Origin: an uncultured bacterium
GTDB lineage: Bacteria > Krumholzibacteriota > Krumholzibacteriia > LZORAL124-64-63
Assembly: GCA_963732385.1 (NCBI GenBank)
Contig: CAVSZB010000005.1
Span: 352,001 to 416,000 of the forward strand
Length of the DNA: 64,000 nt
Reading direction: 5' to 3'
Shown: positions 60,601 to 64,000 of the stretch, piece after piece
How the letters are laid out: the number at the start of each line of letters is the position of its first letter
Position numbering within the stretch: the first letter of the stretch is position 1
Translations under genes and position numbers: made by a program
The notes under the pieces: model-generated
Databases searched by the model: none
The model's input: the letters and a program-made list of their open reading frames with translations, nothing else
What the model was told of the DNA's origin: nothing

Positions 60601-60949
60601 GGAGACCCCCTTCTGACCTCAGAGTGACAACTCCGGTTTCGGGCGCCGGTCGACGCGTGCGCGCCGGTCTGCGCTCCACCCCGCCACGGGACCCCGCGAT
60701 CGGTCGGTCGCGGAGAGAGGCGGACCGGCGGTCGCCGGCCCCGATCGCGGTCTGCAAGCGCGGGGCCGCGCGCCGACGGAACGTGCGCGTGGGCCCGCCG
60801 GCGGCGCAGGGGATTATCGGCGAAGCCTGCGGGCGGATCAGCGTCGCGCGGCAGCGCCGGCGCGCCGTCATGCAGGTGGAGCAGGTGACGCGGTCGGGCG
60901 ACAACCGGCGGTGTCCGGGGCCGCGATCGGGGGCAGGGAGGGCGGCAGC

Positions 60950-62983
60950 CTAGCAGCCCACCGCCAGGGTTGGCGCGAGCAGGCGGTCGATGGTCCGCCA
61001 GAGGGTGGCGGGGTCGATCGGCTTGGCCACATACGCATCCATTCCGGCGGCGCGACAGCGCTCCTCGTCCCCCTTGAGAGCCTGAGCGGTGAGCGCCACG
61101 ATCGGCAGGTGTCCGCCGGTGGTCTTCTCCTGCTCGCGAATGGCGCGCGTGGCGTCGAAGCCGTCGAGCACCGGCATCTGGACGTCCATCAGCACAAGGT
61201 CCCACCGCTCGCGCGCGATCGCGGCCAGGGCCTCGCGGCCGTCGCCGGCAATTCCGACCGTGTAGCCCCGGCGCTGCAACAGCCGCTCGATGAACTTCCG
61301 GTTCACGTGATTGTCCTCGGCCATGAGGACGCGAGCGGACGCGCCACCAACGGCCGGGGCTGGACCGGCGATGGCCGCCGCGGTCGCGTCCGCCTCCGGC
61401 GCAATGGCGACGGACGGCACCGCGCAGGCGGACGTGAAGGTGAAAATGCTGCCGCGCCCCTCGACGCTCTCCACCTGCAGATCGCCCCCCATGAACCGGG
61501 CCAGCTGGCGCGCGATGCTCAGGCCGAGCCCCGTGCCGCCGGGGTGCCCGCCGGCGGCGCCCGTCACCTGCACGAACGGCTCGAAGATGCGCTCGAGCTG
61601 GGCGGCCGGAATGCCCGGTCCGGTGTCGGAAACGCGCAGACGCAGGTCGACGGTGTCGCCGCGGCGCCCGGCCAGGTCGACGCGGACCTCAACCCAGCCC
61701 GCCGCGGTGAACTTCATCGCGTTGCCCACCAGGTTCACCACCACCTGCCGCAGGCGCTTGGCGTCGGTCACCAGAAATCCGGGCACCTCGGCGTCCACGC
61801 CCCACCGCAGGCGCAGGCCCTTGTGTTCGGCCTGGGCCGCGAACGACCGCATCATTTGGTCGAGCTGCCGGCGCGGCTCCAGCGACGCGAGGTTCAACTC
61901 TTCCCGCCCCGCCTCGATCCGGGCGAGGTCGAGCAGATCGTTGATCAGTTCGAGCAGGTCGAGCGCCGACTGGCGCGCGGTTTCGAGACAGTCGCGCTGG
62001 TCGGCGGTCAGCTCGGTGTCGAGCACCAGGCCGGTCAGCCCGAGCAGGCCGTTGAGCGGTGTCCGCATCTCGTGACTCATGCCGGCCAGGAAGGTGCTCT
62101 TGGCGCGATTGGCCGCCTCCGCCGTATCGCGGGCCGCGCGCAGGGCCTGCTCGCTCTCGCGCAGGGCGCTCTCGGCACGCACCTGTTCGGTGATGTCGCG
62201 GAAACTGCAGAGACGCCCCGCGGTCGCCTGGTCGCGGACCATGGGCCGGGAGAACCGCTCGAAGACGCGTCCATCCAAGCAGTGCAGCAGGGTGGTTTCG
62301 GTTGCGATCGATCCGTTGAGATCCTGTACGCAGCGCACGAACGCGGCAGGGTCGACCAGCTGCCCGGCCACATGGGCAAACAGCTGCTCGTCGTCGCGCT
62401 GGTCCAACAGCGGCTTCGGGATGCGCCACAGCGTGGCGAAGCGGGCATTCGTGAAGACGACGCGACCCGCGTTGTCGACCACGAGGATGCCGTCGGCGGT
62501 GGAATCGAGGATGGCGGTCAGGGTCTGGCGGCTCTCGGCCAGCTCACGTTCCACCGCGAACCGCTGACTGACGTCCTGCATCACGCTGACCCAGGCCGGA
62601 CGACCCCCGTACACGATCGGCGTCGAGCAGACTTCAACGGCGAATTCCCGCCCGCCCCGCGTGCGGTGCCGGTAGAGGTTCGGGTGTCCGTAGCGGCCGA
62701 TCCGCCCGGCAGCGACCCGTTCACGCGCGAGCTTCTCCTCGTCGGAGGCGAACAACAGCCAGAGCGGCTGCCCGATCAGTTCCTCGCGGGTCCACCCGTA
62801 GATGTCCGCCACCAGATAGTTGCAGTCGAGCAGCAGCCAGGTCTCGCGGTCGATCACGATGACCGGCAACCCGAGGTCGTTGAATACGCCGGGAGACGGG
62901 CAGACGTTCACCGGTTCTCCCGACCTGCGGAGTTCCGCAACGTCGCAGGGATCGGATTGGGAAGGACTCCGGCCTGTCGTCAT
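60950..62983 (-). CDS. Hybrid sensor histidine kinase (PAS-PAS-HisKA-HATPase-REC), cytoplasmic
   Basis: SHEMRTPLN, NLVGNAMKFT, DTGPGI, GTGLGL, MDVQMP, KP. Confidence 0.95.
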   Translation of the reverse strand: MTTGRSPSQSDPCDVAELRRSGEPVNVCPSPGVFNDLGLPVIVIDRETWLLLDCNYLVADIYGWTREELIGQPLWLLFASDEEKLARERVAAGRIGRYGHPNLYRHRTRGGREFAVEVCSTPIVYGGRPAWVSVMQDVSQRFAVERELAESRQTLTAILDSTADGILVVDNAGRVVFTNARFATLWRIPKPLLDQRDDEQLFAHVAGQLVDPAAFVRCVQDLNGSIATETTLLHCLDGRVFERFSRPMVRDQATAGRLCSFRDITEQVRAESALRESEQALRAARDTAEAANRAKSTFLAGMSHEMRTPLNGLLGLTGLVLDTELTADQRDCLETARQSALDLLELINDLLDLARIEAGREELNLASLEPRRQLDQMMRSFAAQAEHKGLRLRWGVDAEVPGFLVTDAKRLRQVVVNLVGNAMKFTAAGWVEVRVDLAGRRGDTVDLRLRVSDTGPGIPAAQLERIFEPFVQVTGAAGGHPGGTGLGLSIARQLARFMGGDLQVESVEGRGSIFTFTSACAVPSVAIAPEADATAAAIAGPAPAVGGASARVLMAEDNHVNRKFIERLLQRRGYTVGIAGDGREALAAIARERWDLVLMDVQMPVLDGFDATRAIREQEKTTGGHLPIVALTAQALKGDEERCRAAGMDAYVAKPIDPATLWRTIDRLLAPTLAVGC

Positions 62984-63067
62984 ACGCGAGCGTCAGCGAT
63001 GTCCCGTACCCGGCAGGACAGACGCCTTTCCTCCTCCCGAGAAATTTCGACTCCCCGGCCCCGGACT

Positions 63068-63442
63068 TTAGCCTCCCGGGTCGGCGGCCGGTCCGGTCGC
63101 GCGGACGACGGGACAGGGATCGAGCGGCGACCAGCAGCGTACAACCGCGCCCAGCTCTTCCAGTTGCGCCAGCAGTTGAGCTACCGCCCCGGCCAGCTCC
63201 CCTGGGGCGACGCCGGGGTAGAGACCGGCCAGCGAGGCGGCCACGGCGGACACGTCGCGCCGGCCGTCGAGCCGCTCCCAGATGGCGGTGGCGGTGGCGT
63301 TGAGGCGCAGCACGCCGGGCGGCACCAACAGCTCGCAGCCGCGTCCGCCGCCGGACTCCTCCACCCAGGTCCAGTAGACCGCCAACCGGTGCGGCCGCAT
63401 CCGGCCGTCCGCTCTGCCGAGGCGTGATCTTCGCGCCATCAT
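63068..63442 (-). CDS. Stand-alone PqqD-family protein / RiPP recognition element
   Basis: LNATATAIWERLDGRR..SAVA..L...Y......AV..LL..L...G winged-helix signature; GGAGG at 63446-63450. Confidence 0.85.
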   Translation of the reverse strand: MMARRSRLGRADGRMRPHRLAVYWTWVEESGGGRGCELLVPPGVLRLNATATAIWERLDGRRDVSAVAASLAGLYPGVAPGELAGAVAQLLAQLEELGAVVRCWSPLDPCPVVRATGPAADPGG

Positions 63443-63450
63443 GAACCTCC

Positions 63451-63509
63451 CGGCGCCCTGCGGGGCGCCGCGGCCTGTCTGCGTGGCCCGACGCGGCACG
63501 CCGCGTCGG
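63451..63509 (-). other. Two GC stem-loops between the putative precursor and PqqD
   Basis: CGGCGCCC-N4-GGGCGCCG (63451-63470) and CCGACGCGG-N4-CCGCGTCGG (63488-63509). Confidence 0.65.
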
Positions 63510-63539
63510 CCGGGCACGTCGGCGGGGGCGGTCCGACCA

Positions 63540-63677
63540 CTACCTCTGCAGCGTCGTTCCGACGGCGACCAGGACCGTCGCCACGATCGCAGCCAGCTTC
63601 ACCGGCAGATCAAGCGCGGCTTCACGGGCTTGCAGCCCGACGAGCACCGCCTGCGGCTTCTCAAAAGTCATGGTCAT
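63540..63677 (-). CDS. Putative RiPP precursor peptide, 45 aa
   Basis: MTMTFEKPQAVLVGLQAREAALDLPVKLAAIVATVLVAVGTTLQR*; GAAAGGGGGTG RBS; TGATG overlap with the upstream gene; FxxP leader motif; directly upstream of PqqD. Confidence 0.75.
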   Translation of the reverse strand: MTMTFEKPQAVLVGLQAREAALDLPVKLAAIVATVLVAVGTTLQR

Positions 63678-64000
63678 CACCCCCTTTCCGGGAGGCGGAG
63701 TTCTCCCCGCCCTCCGTGCCCGGCCGACGCGGCGAGACGCGTGTAGACGCGCGCCAGGGCGTCGCCCGTGGTGGACGCAGCCGCGTCCGCGGCGCAGTCA
63801 CGCCAGGCGGCACGGCAGGCGCGGCGCTGCTGCCGGCGCTCGCCGGCAAGCCCGGCCAGCCGTTTCGCCAATTCCCGTGGTTCGGATCCGCCGGACCGGA
63901 TCACCGGCGTGCCGCGCCGCCAGAGCCAGGTCAGCAGCGGCGGCGGCCACGCCTCGTGGCCCAGCACGACCACCGCGTTCGCCTGTCCGAATGCGCGTCC
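63677..64000 (-). CDS. Glycosyltransferase (GT4-like) C-terminal part, runs off the window
   Basis: Frame open to the edge: ..ANAVVVLGHE..RGTPVIRS..ELA..L..L....LARVY, resembling a degenerate GT4 C-terminus. Confidence 0.4.
   Translation of the reverse strand, partial: GRAFGQANAVVVLGHEAWPPPLLTWLWRRGTPVIRSGGSEPRELAKRLAGLAGERRQQRRACRAAWRDCAADAAASTTGDALARVYTRLAASAGHGGRGELRLPERG

Noticed and set aside
60601..60949. Second precursor peptide upstream of the radical SAM gene (ORF starting MSPDRVTCSTC)
   Set aside because: The ORF runs on into the radical SAM gene out of frame, has an Arg/Pro-rich non-coding composition, and has no RBS or leader motif

Overview
GC-rich bacterial window. Secreted proteins ending in PNPFNP/FlgD-Ig tails or in an 'SWxxVKxx(F/Y)R' motif suggest a Krumholzibacteriota/Latescibacterota-like FCB-related lineage (inference only). 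Left to right: (1) [NiFe]-hydrogenase maturation genes hypE(partial), D, C, F, B, A behind a TonB-dependent receptor, divergent from a di-haem cytochrome c peroxidase/MauG-family gene and a Cyc2-like cytochrome-porin fusion; (2) malQ and a TerC-family gene; (3) a glycan-modification-type operon with three cobalamin-binding radical SAM enzymes, a GT2-GT4-TPR-radical SAM fusion and a methyltransferase, with a repeated ~120-aa module in four of the five proteins; (4) hflKC; (5) a ~25 kb mosaic hotspot (~27.9-52.5 kb) at the 3' end of tRNA-Asn, with catalase, FlgD-tailed secreted proteins sharing near-identical 3' DNA, outer-membrane barrels, an IS481-like element plus scattered relics of its ends, and a dispersed promoter-like repeat; (6) a TPR-sigma54 activator preceded by a small exported 'GDPD' protein; (7) the best candidate for an undescribed system, a RiPP-like locus at the right edge. 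It contains a 45-aa ORF absent from the supplied ORF track (63540-63677, minus; MTMTFEKPQAVLVGLQAREAALDLPVKLAAIVATVLVAVGTTLQR) with an FxxP leader motif, next to a stand-alone PqqD/RRE gene, with a B12-radical SAM enzyme and an M50-like membrane protein downstream and a glycosyltransferase-like gene upstream. All calls come from motif reading by eye; no database searches were run.
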